Source: Photobacterium sp. Hal280
Lineage (GTDB): Bacteria > Pseudomonadota > Gammaproteobacteria > Enterobacterales > Vibrionaceae
Length of the DNA: 24,000 bases
Reading direction: 5' to 3'
NCBI RefSeq assembly: GCF_037162255.1
Contig: NZ_JARLUO010000005.1
Span: 990,680 to 1,014,679, forward strand
The position numbers and the translations under genes were made by a program. The notes under the pieces are model-generated. The model was not told the DNA's origin and did not search any database. It was given only the letters and a program-made list of their open reading frames with translations. Shown piece after piece: positions 8,397 through 15,496 of this stretch. Every line of letters starts with the position of its first letter. Position 1 is the first letter of the stretch.

Positions 8397-9887
8397 GTGA
8401 ATATTCTTGGATATTTTCAGAAAGTAGGTAAGGCTTTGATGGTGCCGGTCGCCACGTTGCCTGCCGCCGCAATACTCATGGGTATAGGTTACTGGATTGA
8501 TCCGAACGGCTGGGGTGCCAACAGTGCACTGGCAGCTTTCCTGATCAAAGCCGGTGGCGCGATTATCGACAACATGGCTGTACTGTTTGCTATCGGTGTC
8601 GCGTACGGTATGTCAAAAGATAAAGACGGTGCAGCAGCGCTGTCAGGCTTCGTTTGCTTTCTTGTTGTCACCACACTTTGTTCTCCAGCGGCCGTAGCTC
8701 AAATTCAAGGCATTGATCCAAGCCTTGTGCCTGCAGCATTCGGCAAAATCAAAAACCAGTTCGTCGGTATTCTGGTCGGTATCATCTCGGCTGAGCTGTA
8801 TAACCGCTACTCAACCGTTGAACTGCACAAGGCGCTGGCTTTCTTCAGCGGCAAACGTCTGGTGCCTATCCTGACATCCATTGCCGGTATCTTCCTGGCC
8901 TTTGTCCTGATGTATATCTGGCCTCACGTCTATGGCGGTCTGGTTCACTTCGGTGAAGGCATTCAGGGCCTGGGTGATGTAGGTGCGGGTTTGTACGCCT
9001 TCTTTAACCGTCTGTTAATTCCTGTGGGTCTGCACCACGCGCTGAACTCAGTCTTCTGGTTCGACGTAGCGGGCATTAACGATCTGCCAAACTTCCTGGG
9101 CGGCGCCAAGTCGATTGCTGACGGTGTAGCAGTCCCTGGTCAGACAGGTATCTACATGGGTGGCTTCTTCCCTATCATGATGTTCGGTCTGCCTGGTGCA
9201 GCACTGGCGATGTACCACACCGCGAAACCTGAGAACAAAGAGAAAGTCGCATCTATCATGATTGCCGCTGCTTTCGCTTCATTCTTCACCGGTGTGACTG
9301 AGCCGCTGGAATTTGCCTTCATGTTCCTGGCGCCAGCACTGTATGTGGTTCACGCCGTTCTGACCGGTATCTCTGTATACATCGCAGCCAGCATGCAGTG
9401 GATTTCCGGCTTCGGTTTCTCTGCTGGCTTGGTTGACATGGTACTGCAATCGAAGAACCCGCTGGCAACCCAGTGGTACATGCTGATTGTTCAGGGTCTG
9501 GTTTTCTTCGCGATTTACTATGCGATCTTCCGTTTCGCGATTGTGAAGTTCAACCTGAAAACACCGGGTCGTGAAGATGCTGATGCAGATGAAGTACTGG
9601 CTTCTGGTTCTCAGGAAACCGGTGAACTGGCAAAACAATATCTGAAAGCTCTGGGTGGTCACGGCAACCTGGAAAATATTGATGCCTGTATTACTCGTCT
9701 GCGCCTGACGCTGAAAGACAGCAGCCTTGCTGATGAGAAAACACTGAAAGCACTGGGTGCGATGGGTGTGGTGAAATTAGGCTCAAATAACCTGCAGGTG
9801 ATTCTGGGTCCACTGGCTGAGATTGTTGCCGGTGAGATGAAGAAAATTCCAGCATCAGAAGACCTGTCTGCAGTCAAACTGCCATAA
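8397..9887 (+). CDS. nagE: PTS N-acetylglucosamine-specific transporter, EIICB (no fused EIIA domain)
   Basis: 496 aa. MNILGYFQKVGKALMVPVATLPAAA resembles the E. coli NagE N-terminus. EIIB phospho-cysteine motif NIDACITRLRL near the C-terminus, after which the ORF ends. GTG start at 8397 with a purine-rich SD (TAGGGGGA 8381-8388). Confidence 0.95.
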   Translation: MNILGYFQKVGKALMVPVATLPAAAILMGIGYWIDPNGWGANSALAAFLIKAGGAIIDNMAVLFAIGVAYGMSKDKDGAAALSGFVCFLVVTTLCSPAAVAQIQGIDPSLVPAAFGKIKNQFVGILVGIISAELYNRYSTVELHKALAFFSGKRLVPILTSIAGIFLAFVLMYIWPHVYGGLVHFGEGIQGLGDVGAGLYAFFNRLLIPVGLHHALNSVFWFDVAGINDLPNFLGGAKSIADGVAVPGQTGIYMGGFFPIMMFGLPGAALAMYHTAKPENKEKVASIMIAAAFASFFTGVTEPLEFAFMFLAPALYVVHAVLTGISVYIAASMQWISGFGFSAGLVDMVLQSKNPLATQWYMLIVQGLVFFAIYYAIFRFAIVKFNLKTPGREDADADEVLASGSQETGELAKQYLKALGGHGNLENIDACITRLRLTLKDSSLADEKTLKALGAMGVVKLGSNNLQVILGPLAEIVAGEMKKIPASEDLSAVKLP

Positions 9888-9925
9888 TCGACAGTTAATC
9901 TGATAGCGAAAGATAACTGAAAGTG

Positions 9926-9954
9926 AGGCCGGCCCGTCAGGGTCGGCTTTTTTT
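9926..9954 (+). terminator. Rho-independent terminator of nagE
   Basis: Stem AGGCCGGCCC (9926-9935) / GGGTCGGCTT (9940-9949) with G-U pairs, loop GTCA, T7 run 9948-9954. Confidence 0.8.
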
Positions 9955-9985
9955 GCCCTAATCATGATTCAATACACACTAATTG

Positions 9986-10014
9986 TTGAGTCATGACCTG
10001 TATTTGTGGATCAT
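9986..10014 (+). promoter_or_regulatory. Candidate glnS sigma70 promoter (TTGAGT /17/ GATCAT)
   Basis: -35 TTGAGT 9986-9991, 17-nt spacer, -10 GATCAT 10009-10014. The -10 contains a GATC, and a second GATC lies at 10027-10030. By-eye match only. Confidence 0.3.
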
Positions 10015-10054
10015 AACAGGTTCGAAGATCCTTTTAGCGCACGAGGTGTAATTG

Positions 10055-11719
10055 ATGAGTGAATCTGAAGCTCGTCCAAGCAATTTTATCCGCCAGATCA
10101 TTGATGCGGATTTAGCCAGTGGTAAGCACACCAGCGTCCACACACGTTTTCCGCCTGAGCCGAATGGTTACCTGCATATCGGCCATGCGAAGTCTATCTG
10201 CCTGAACTTTGGTATTGCTCAGGATTACCAGGGACAATGTAATCTGCGTTTTGATGACACAAACCCAGAAAAAGAAGACATCGAATACGTAGAGTCGATT
10301 AAGAAAGACGTAAACTGGCTGGGCTTTGAGTGGAGCGGTGAGATTTGTTACTCATCTAACTACTTCGATCAGCTGTATGCCTACGCTTTGGAACTGATCA
10401 ACAAAGGTCTGGCGTATGTTGATGAACTCACACCAGAAGAAATGCGCGAGTATCGCGGTACGCTGACAGAGCCGGGTAAACCAAGTCCGTATCGTGACCG
10501 TCCTGTGGCCGAGAATCTGGCGCAGTTCGAGAAAATGAAAAATGGCGAAGTCGAAGAAGGCAAAATGTCGCTTCGGGCCAAGATTGATATGGCATCACCG
10601 TTTATGGTGATGCGTGATCCTGTGCTGTACCGCGTACGCTTTGCCACTCACCATCAGACAGGTGACAAGTGGTGCATCTATCCGATGTACGATTTCACTC
10701 ACTGTATCTCTGATGCGCTGGAAGGCATTACGCACTCGCTGTGTACCCTGGAATTCCAGGATAACCGTCGTCTGTACGATTGGGTGCTGGATAACATCAC
10801 GATTGACTGTCAGCCGCGTCAGTATGAATTCAGCCGCCTGAACCTGGAATATACAGTCATGTCCAAGCGCAAGCTGAACCAGTTGGTGACTGAACAGCTG
10901 GTTTCAGGCTGGGATGATCCTCGCATGCCGACAATTTCAGGCTTACGTCGTCGTGGCTTTACGGCGGCTTCCATTCGTGAGTTCTGTAAGCGTATTGGTG
11001 TCACCAAGCAGGACAATACCATTGAGATGAGCTCTCTGGAATCGTGTATCCGTGACGATTTGAACGAGAATGCACCTCGGGCCATGGCTGTTCTGGATCC
11101 GGTGAAAATCGTGATCGAAAACTTTGGCGATACGGAAATTCTCAAAGTGGGCAATCATCCGAATAAACCTGAAATGGGCGAGCGTGATGTGCCATTCAGC
11201 CGTGAGCTGTACATTGAGCGTGAAGATTTCCGTGAAGAAGGCAACAAGAAGTACAAGCGTTTAGTCTTGGGTAAAGAAGTGCGTTTACGCGGTGCGTATG
11301 TCATCAAAGCCGAGCGGGTTGAGAAAGATGCCGACGGTAAGATTACTACTATTTTCTGTACCTATGATGCCGATACACTGGGTAAAAACCCTGAAGATGG
11401 CCGTAAAGTGAAAGGCGTGATTCACTGGGTGTCAGCAGAACAGGCACTGCCTGCTGAAATTCGCCTGTATGATCGTTTGTTCACTGTACCTAACCCGGGT
11501 GCAGCAGATGACTTTGCATCGACGATTAACCCGGATTCACTGATCGTGATGAATGGTTTTGTTGAGCCGAGCCTGGCAGCAGCTGCTGCGCCTGAGCAAG
11601 CTTTCCAGTTTGAACGTATGGGTTATTTCTGTGCGGATAACAAAGATTCATCGGCTGAGCACTTAGTGTTCAACCGAACTGTGGGTCTGCGTGATTCGTG
11701 GGCAAAAATTGCAGACTGA
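10055..11719 (+). CDS. glnS: Glutaminyl-tRNA synthetase
   Basis: [25 protein letters not shown]... matches E. coli GlnS ([25 protein letters not shown]). HIGH (YLHIGHAKS) and KMSKS-type (VMSKRK) signatures. The start is set to ATG 10055 rather than the track TTG 10052: SD GAGGTG 10043-10048 lies 6 nt upstream. Confidence 0.97.
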   Translation: MSESEARPSNFIRQIIDADLASGKHTSVHTRFPPEPNGYLHIGHAKSICLNFGIAQDYQGQCNLRFDDTNPEKEDIEYVESIKKDVNWLGFEWSGEICYSSNYFDQLYAYALELINKGLAYVDELTPEEMREYRGTLTEPGKPSPYRDRPVAENLAQFEKMKNGEVEEGKMSLRAKIDMASPFMVMRDPVLYRVRFATHHQTGDKWCIYPMYDFTHCISDALEGITHSLCTLEFQDNRRLYDWVLDNITIDCQPRQYEFSRLNLEYTVMSKRKLNQLVTEQLVSGWDDPRMPTISGLRRRGFTAASIREFCKRIGVTKQDNTIEMSSLESCIRDDLNENAPRAMAVLDPVKIVIENFGDTEILKVGNHPNKPEMGERDVPFSRELYIEREDFREEGNKKYKRLVLGKEVRLRGAYVIKAERVEKDADGKITTIFCTYDADTLGKNPEDGRKVKGVIHWVSAEQALPAEIRLYDRLFTVPNPGAADDFASTINPDSLIVMNGFVEPSLAAAAAPEQAFQFERMGYFCADNKDSSAEHLVFNRTVGLRDSWAKIAD

Positions 11720-11749
11720 TAGACTCAGACGGTGATTGCAGCCTGAGAT

Positions 11750-11779
11750 AAAAAAACCAGCCACTCGGCTGGTTTTTTT
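11750..11779. terminator. Bidirectional Rho-independent terminator between convergent glnS and fur
   Basis: A7-CCAGCC-ACTC-GGCTGG-T7. The stem is flanked by an A-run and a T-run, so either strand reads hairpin plus U-tract. Confidence 0.85.
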
Positions 11780-11795
11780 ATCGATGTAAGCGTAA

Positions 11796-12245
11796 TTATT
11801 TATTGTCGTTGTGCAGGCTTTCATCTTTATTACAATCACCGGCAGTGCAGTGACCGTACAGATAAAGGCTGTGGTTGGTCAGACGAATGTTGTAACGTTC
11901 GGCAACCTGCTTCTGACGATCTTCAATGATATCGTCAGAGAATTCAATAACTTTACCACAATCCAGACAAACCAGATGATCGTGGTGATGTTGGGTAGAC
12001 AGTTCGAATACCGACTTACCACCTTCAAAATGGTGTCGGGTGACAATCCCGGCATCATCAAATTGGTTTAGCACTCGGTAAACAGTGGCCAAGCCGATCT
12101 CTTCACCAATATCGATCAGCTTTTTGTACAAATCTTCGGCACTGATATGTTGGCACTCAGGATCCTGAAGGACTTCCAAAATTTTCAGACGCGGAAGTGT
12201 GACTTTTAATCCTGCTTGTTTAAGTGCTTGGTTGTTATCTGACAT
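11796..12245 (-). CDS. fur: Ferric uptake regulator
   Basis: 149 aa. MSDNNQALKQAGLKVTLPRLKILEVLQ...HHHDHLVCLDCGKVIEF...HSLYLYGHC is near-identical to Vibrio/E. coli Fur, including the metal-site His/Cys clusters. SD AAGGAAA (12257-12251) lies 5 nt upstream of the ATG. Confidence 0.97.
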   Translation of the reverse strand: MSDNNQALKQAGLKVTLPRLKILEVLQDPECQHISAEDLYKKLIDIGEEIGLATVYRVLNQFDDAGIVTRHHFEGGKSVFELSTQHHHDHLVCLDCGKVIEFSDDIIEDRQKQVAERYNIRLTNHSLYLYGHCTAGDCNKDESLHNDNK

Positions 12246-12313
12246 TCGAGTTTCCTTTGGCTAGCCGTAACAGGAAAATGGAAGGTTACGGTAGTCTTTC
12301 TCATATCTGTTCA

Positions 12314-12319
12314 TTATAA
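12314..12319 (-). promoter_or_regulatory. Candidate fur promoter -10 (perfect TATAAT)
   Basis: The minus strand reads CTTATAATGAAC. The -35 region is poor (TTTATT/TTATTG at 16-17 nt). The implied start site is ~60 nt upstream of the fur ATG. Confidence 0.4.
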
Positions 12320-12368
12320 GTGACGACAGCACAACAATAAACCTTAATGCTTAACGGGTCTAGGAAAG

Positions 12369-12395
12369 TTGTGACTTTTATTCGCCTGATATAAA
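12369..12395 (+). promoter_or_regulatory. Candidate promoter of the hot-dog-fold gene (extended -10)
   Basis: TTGTGA 12369-12374, 15-nt spacer, TG-A-TATAAA (TG 12387-12388, hexamer 12390-12395). Confidence 0.4.
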
Positions 12396-12447
12396 TGTTA
12401 AAAAGGCATACTATGCTCATCGTACCAGATCATAAGGACGTGTAGGT

Positions 12448-12963
12448 GTGAATCAGTTCTATAAGCCCGGTATCGTAAAATTTGCGCTCAATATCTGGCC
12501 ACCTTTCTGGGGGGCCGGCATTCGAATCCTGCACATCAGTGAAGATTTCCGGCATGTGGAAATTTGCCTGAAGTTGAGGTGGTGGAATAAGAATGCCAAC
12601 AGGACTCAATATGGCGGCAGTATTTTTTCACTGACCGACCCAGTTTATGCCTTGATGCTGATGGGTATACTCGGGAAAGAGTATTTTGTCTGGGATAAAC
12701 AGGCCGAAGTGAACTTTCTCAAGCCAGGTCAGACAGATCTGAAAGCGGTGTTCACTATCTCAGATCAGTGTATTGAAGATATAAAACGCTCCACTGCCGG
12801 CGGCGAGAAACATTTTCCTGAATTTGTCGTCAATGTTTCTGATAGCAAAGGTGAGGTGGTTGCCCAAGTGAAGCGTGTGCTTTATGTGCGCAAGAAACCA
12901 CAGTACCGGAATGCGGAGCTTGAAGAAGGTGAAAACCGTTCGGGTGAGTGTGTCCGTGAGTAA
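12448..12963 (+). CDS. Uncharacterised hot-dog-fold protein (DUF4442 / YiiD C-terminal-like, putative thioesterase)
   Basis: 171 aa. GTG start with SD AAGGA (12435-12439) 8 nt upstream; own promoter and own terminator. The family assignment is from memory of vibrio proteins of this size and sequence (WPPFWGAGIRI..., YGGSIFSLTDPVYALML) and has not been checked against any profile. Confidence 0.75.
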   Translation: MNQFYKPGIVKFALNIWPPFWGAGIRILHISEDFRHVEICLKLRWWNKNANRTQYGGSIFSLTDPVYALMLMGILGKEYFVWDKQAEVNFLKPGQTDLKAVFTISDQCIEDIKRSTAGGEKHFPEFVVNVSDSKGEVVAQVKRVLYVRKKPQYRNAELEEGENRSGECVRE

Positions 12964-12964
12964 T

Positions 12965-12990
12965 AAAAAACGCGCCTCGGCGCGTTTTTA
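12965..12990. terminator. Bidirectional terminator between the hot-dog gene and fldA (convergent)
   Basis: AAAAACGCGC (12966-12975) / GCGCGTTTTT (12980-12989), loop CTCG; A-run and T-run flanks. Confidence 0.85.
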
Positions 12991-13006
12991 ACAGCTAGCA
13001 GTAAGA

Positions 13007-13534
13007 TCAGTCAGCCAATTCTGCCAGACACATTTCTTCGTAAATTTGCTTAACCCATTTCTCGACGCGCTCGTCAGTCAACTCAGGCTGACGGTCTTCA
13101 TCGATACACAGGCCAACAAAATGTCCGTCGTCTACCAAAGCTTTTGATGCTTCAAACTCATAGCTTTCGGTTGGGAAATGGCCAACGATGATGGCGCCGC
13201 GGCCTTCAACGATGTCACGCACTGTGCCCATGGCGTCGCAGAAATATTCGGCGTAATCTTCCTGATCACCACAGCCAAAAATAGCGACCAGCTTGTTTTC
13301 GAAATCAATCCCTTCCAGCTCAGGGAAGAAATCGTCCCAATCGCACTGTGCTTCGCCGTAATACCAGGTCGGGATACCCAGCAGTAACAGGTCGAAATTT
13401 TCAATGTCTTCTTTGCTGCTCTTAGCAATGTCTTTGACTTCAACCAGATTTTTACCCAGTTGCTTTTGGATCATTTTAGCGACGGCTTCTGTGTTACCAG
13501 TGTCGCTACCAAAGAAGAGTCCTACACTCGCCAT
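13007..13534 (-). CDS. fldA: Flavodoxin 1 (long-chain)
   Basis: 175 aa. GLFFGSDTGNTEAVAKMIQKQLGK...LLLGIPTWYYGEAQCDWDDFFP...FGCGDQEDYAEYFCDA is near-identical to E. coli FldA. Confidence 0.97.
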   Translation of the reverse strand: MASVGLFFGSDTGNTEAVAKMIQKQLGKNLVEVKDIAKSSKEDIENFDLLLLGIPTWYYGEAQCDWDDFFPELEGIDFENKLVAIFGCGDQEDYAEYFCDAMGTVRDIVEGRGAIIVGHFPTESYEFEASKALVDDGHFVGLCIDEDRQPELTDERVEKWVKQIYEEMCLAELAD

Positions 13535-13744
13535 AGTAGAGATTACCCGTGTTTTAGTTGTTGACCGCCAGCGGACAGGCTGGCGATATACATAAATTGA
13601 ACAGGCCGCCAGTTAATTCTAGCGCTGACTGTATGCCTGATAATAACATTTGTTGGTGACTGTGGCGTCAGTTAGGGGAGAAAAACCTTTATCATTAGGC
13701 TTCTCATTACGCTTTCTGAGCCAGGTGGCAGGCGCCAGCGGATA

Positions 13745-13966
13745 TTATCCTATCCCCACGCCTTCCATAGTCATCTGAATCACACCTTTCGATATGAATC
13801 CAAAGCACCCTAAAAACAAGACCAGCCAGACGATTTTTCGACCAAATGGAGGCACATTGCCTTGCTTGAGGACATCTTTGATCGCCATACCAATGAAAAA
13901 GAAGATGGCCGCGAACAATAAATCAAGTCCGACTGATTCCAGCAGGTCCATGTGCTCGTATAACAT
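13745..13966 (-). CDS. Small two-TM membrane protein of unknown function (DUF2788-like, assignment from memory)
   Basis: The track ORF (87 aa, from 14008) is shortened to 73 aa starting MLYEHMDLLES... at ATG 13966. A strong SD AAGGAG lies 6 nt upstream, and the predicted promoter/start site (about 14000) is downstream of the longer start. Two hydrophobic segments (LLFAAIFFFIGMAI, IVWLVLFLGCFGFI). Confidence 0.65.
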   Translation of the reverse strand: MLYEHMDLLESVGLDLLFAAIFFFIGMAIKDVLKQGNVPPFGRKIVWLVLFLGCFGFISKGVIQMTMEGVGIG

Positions 13967-14006
13967 CTGTTTCTCCTTCGCAAGATCAGACTTGCATCCG
14001 GCGCGC

Positions 14007-14035
14007 ACTATAGCACAGAGAGTCGTGCGTGTTAA
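14007..14035 (-). promoter_or_regulatory. Strong sigma70 promoter candidate embedded in the 3' end of ybfF
   Basis: The minus strand reads TTAACA (14035-14030) /17 nt/ TG-C-TATAGT (hexamer 14012-14007): 5/6 and 5/6 matches plus an extended -10 TG. The -35 overlaps the ybfF TAA stop (14034-14032). Confidence 0.55.
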
Positions 14036-14811
14036 TTGTTAGGCTGTGTATCCTTCTCTAAAAAACTGAGAATGATACGGTTTACCGTGTCGGGTTTCTC
14101 GGCATGAAGCCAGTGCCCGGTATTGGCAACCATGTGGGCCTTGGCGCGCGGGAACTGGCTGGCAATGTGTTCGCGGTGCTCAGCCAGAATGTATTCTGAA
14201 TCCTGACCTTTAATGAACAAAGTGCGGCCAGGAAAGGGCGACACAGCTGACCAGCCCATGATGGTACTGTAGTTGCTAATGAGTGCATCGACATTGAACC
14301 GCCACAGGAAAGATTCTTGCTCTTTATACAGAGACTTGAGCAGGAACTGGCGCACACCGGGTTCCTCCACATGCTGCGATAAATACTGTTCTGCCTCTTT
14401 TCGGCTGGTGACCGTCTGGTTGCTGACCGCTTTAAGACCGGCGAACACATTTTGGTGACGATGGACCTGATAAGCCACAGGTGCCATGTCGAGCACAATC
14501 AGGTTTTCGATCCGCTCTCCAGCCAGTTCGGTCATGGCCATTGCCACTTTACCGCCCATGGAATGACCGATCACACTGAACGTTTGGATCTCGAGTTGAT
14601 TGATCACATCAATCACATCTTGCGCCATGTCTGAATAAGTGAAGTGCTCACTATGCGGGGAGCGACCGTGGTTACGCAGATCAAGACTGATGACTTGATA
14701 GTGTTCCTTGAGTGTTCTTGCCAGCAGACCGAGGTTGTCCGCACTGCCGAATAAGCCATGAATAAGGACGACCGTCTGGCCTTGACCCTGGATTTGATAA
14801 TGAAGATTCAC
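14032..14811 (-). CDS. ybfF: Alpha/beta-hydrolase esterase / acyl-CoA thioesterase YbfF
   Basis: 259 aa. VVLIHGLFGSADNLGLLAR and the nucleophile elbow IGHSMGGKVAM align with E. coli YbfF. Conserved position next to seqA. GTG start at 14811. Confidence 0.9.
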   Translation of the reverse strand: MNLHYQIQGQGQTVVLIHGLFGSADNLGLLARTLKEHYQVISLDLRNHGRSPHSEHFTYSDMAQDVIDVINQLEIQTFSVIGHSMGGKVAMAMTELAGERIENLIVLDMAPVAYQVHRHQNVFAGLKAVSNQTVTSRKEAEQYLSQHVEEPGVRQFLLKSLYKEQESFLWRFNVDALISNYSTIMGWSAVSPFPGRTLFIKGQDSEYILAEHREHIASQFPRAKAHMVANTGHWLHAEKPDTVNRIILSFLEKDTQPNN

Positions 14812-14843
14812 TGACTATTTCTCTTGTTGTTAACGCTTTGCCG

Positions 14844-14872
14844 TAGAGTATACCTTCGCTTCACGTTATAAT
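14844..14872 (+). promoter_or_regulatory. Candidate seqA promoter
   Basis: Perfect -10 TATAAT 14867-14872, with a weak -35 TAGAGT 14844-14849 at 17 nt. A divergent TATACT (minus strand, 14852-14847) could serve ybfF. Confidence 0.4.
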
Positions 14873-14912
14873 CTCACGGTGATTTTTTAACGGAACGATA
14901 ATGAACACTACG

Positions 14913-15455
14913 ATGAAAACTATTGAGGTAGACGAAGAGCTGTATCGTTATATTGCCAGCCAGACCCAGCACATTGGTGAAAGCGCGTCAGATATTCTGC
15001 GCCGTTTATTGCTGGAGGACGCCAATAGTCAACCTGTCATGCCAGCACGCCCTAAAGCTGCGCAAGGTATTGTGGTTAGCAAGGATGCAGGCAATTTGCC
15101 ACAGTCGGAAGACAGGGTCAAAGCCATGCGCTCGCTGCTGATTTCTGATGAGTTTGCTGGTCAGGAAAGAGCCATTGGCCGCTTTATGCTGGTGCTGTCT
15201 ACGCTCTATCGTATCGATCCTCAGGCTTTCACCGATGCGACGGCGATTAAAGGTCGAACCCGCATTTATTTTGCTGACAGCGAAGAAAAACTGTTGAACA
15301 GCGGCAAGACGACTAAACCGAAAGCCATTCCTGAAACGCCTTTTTGGGTGATCACCAATACCAATACCGACCGTAAACGTCAGATGATTGAACAGCTGAT
15401 GCAAAAAATGCAGTTCACACAAGATATTGTAGAAAAAGTTTGCGGTGAAATTTAA
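14913..15455 (+). CDS. seqA: Replication-initiation negative regulator SeqA (binds hemimethylated GATC)
   Basis: [33 protein letters not shown] and the C-terminal ...[26 protein letters not shown]...EKVCG match E. coli SeqA end to end. The start is set to ATG 14913 by N-terminal homology; ATG 14901 (4 codons longer) cannot be excluded. Confidence 0.93.
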   Translation: MKTIEVDEELYRYIASQTQHIGESASDILRRLLLEDANSQPVMPARPKAAQGIVVSKDAGNLPQSEDRVKAMRSLLISDEFAGQERAIGRFMLVLSTLYRIDPQAFTDATAIKGRTRIYFADSEEKLLNSGKTTKPKAIPETPFWVITNTNTDRKRQMIEQLMQKMQFTQDIVEKVCGEI

Positions 15456-15496
15456 CTGTCGCTGATGCGGCTTTATTGACGTACAAGGATATGTTG

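Noticed and set aside
10052-10054. TTG starts used by the ORF track for glnS (10052), pgm (15476), the ybfA-like gene (18153) and ybgI (18507), and the GTG for nagA (7330).
   Set aside because: In each case a downstream ATG reproduces the orthologue N-terminus and has a correctly spaced SD, while the upstream codon does not.
13639-13657. Fur-box-like sequence GATAATAACATTTGTTGGT upstream of fldA, and a TATAATGAACAGATATGAG segment at the fur promoter (12303-12321).
   Set aside because: They match only about 11/19 and 9/19 positions of GATAATGATAATCATTATC by hand count, which is below what I would accept without a PWM score or conservation.
13566-13742. 10-nt direct repeat CGCCAGCGGA (13566-13575 and 13733-13742) flanking about 157 bp upstream of fldA, considered as the target-site duplication of a MITE-like insertion. 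The first copy is also the left arm of a 7-bp hairpin (13566-13585).
   Set aside because: There are no terminal inverted repeats at the inner boundaries and no other copy in the window. A single 10-mer coincidence is weak evidence, and the hairpin has no U-tract and no assignable role.
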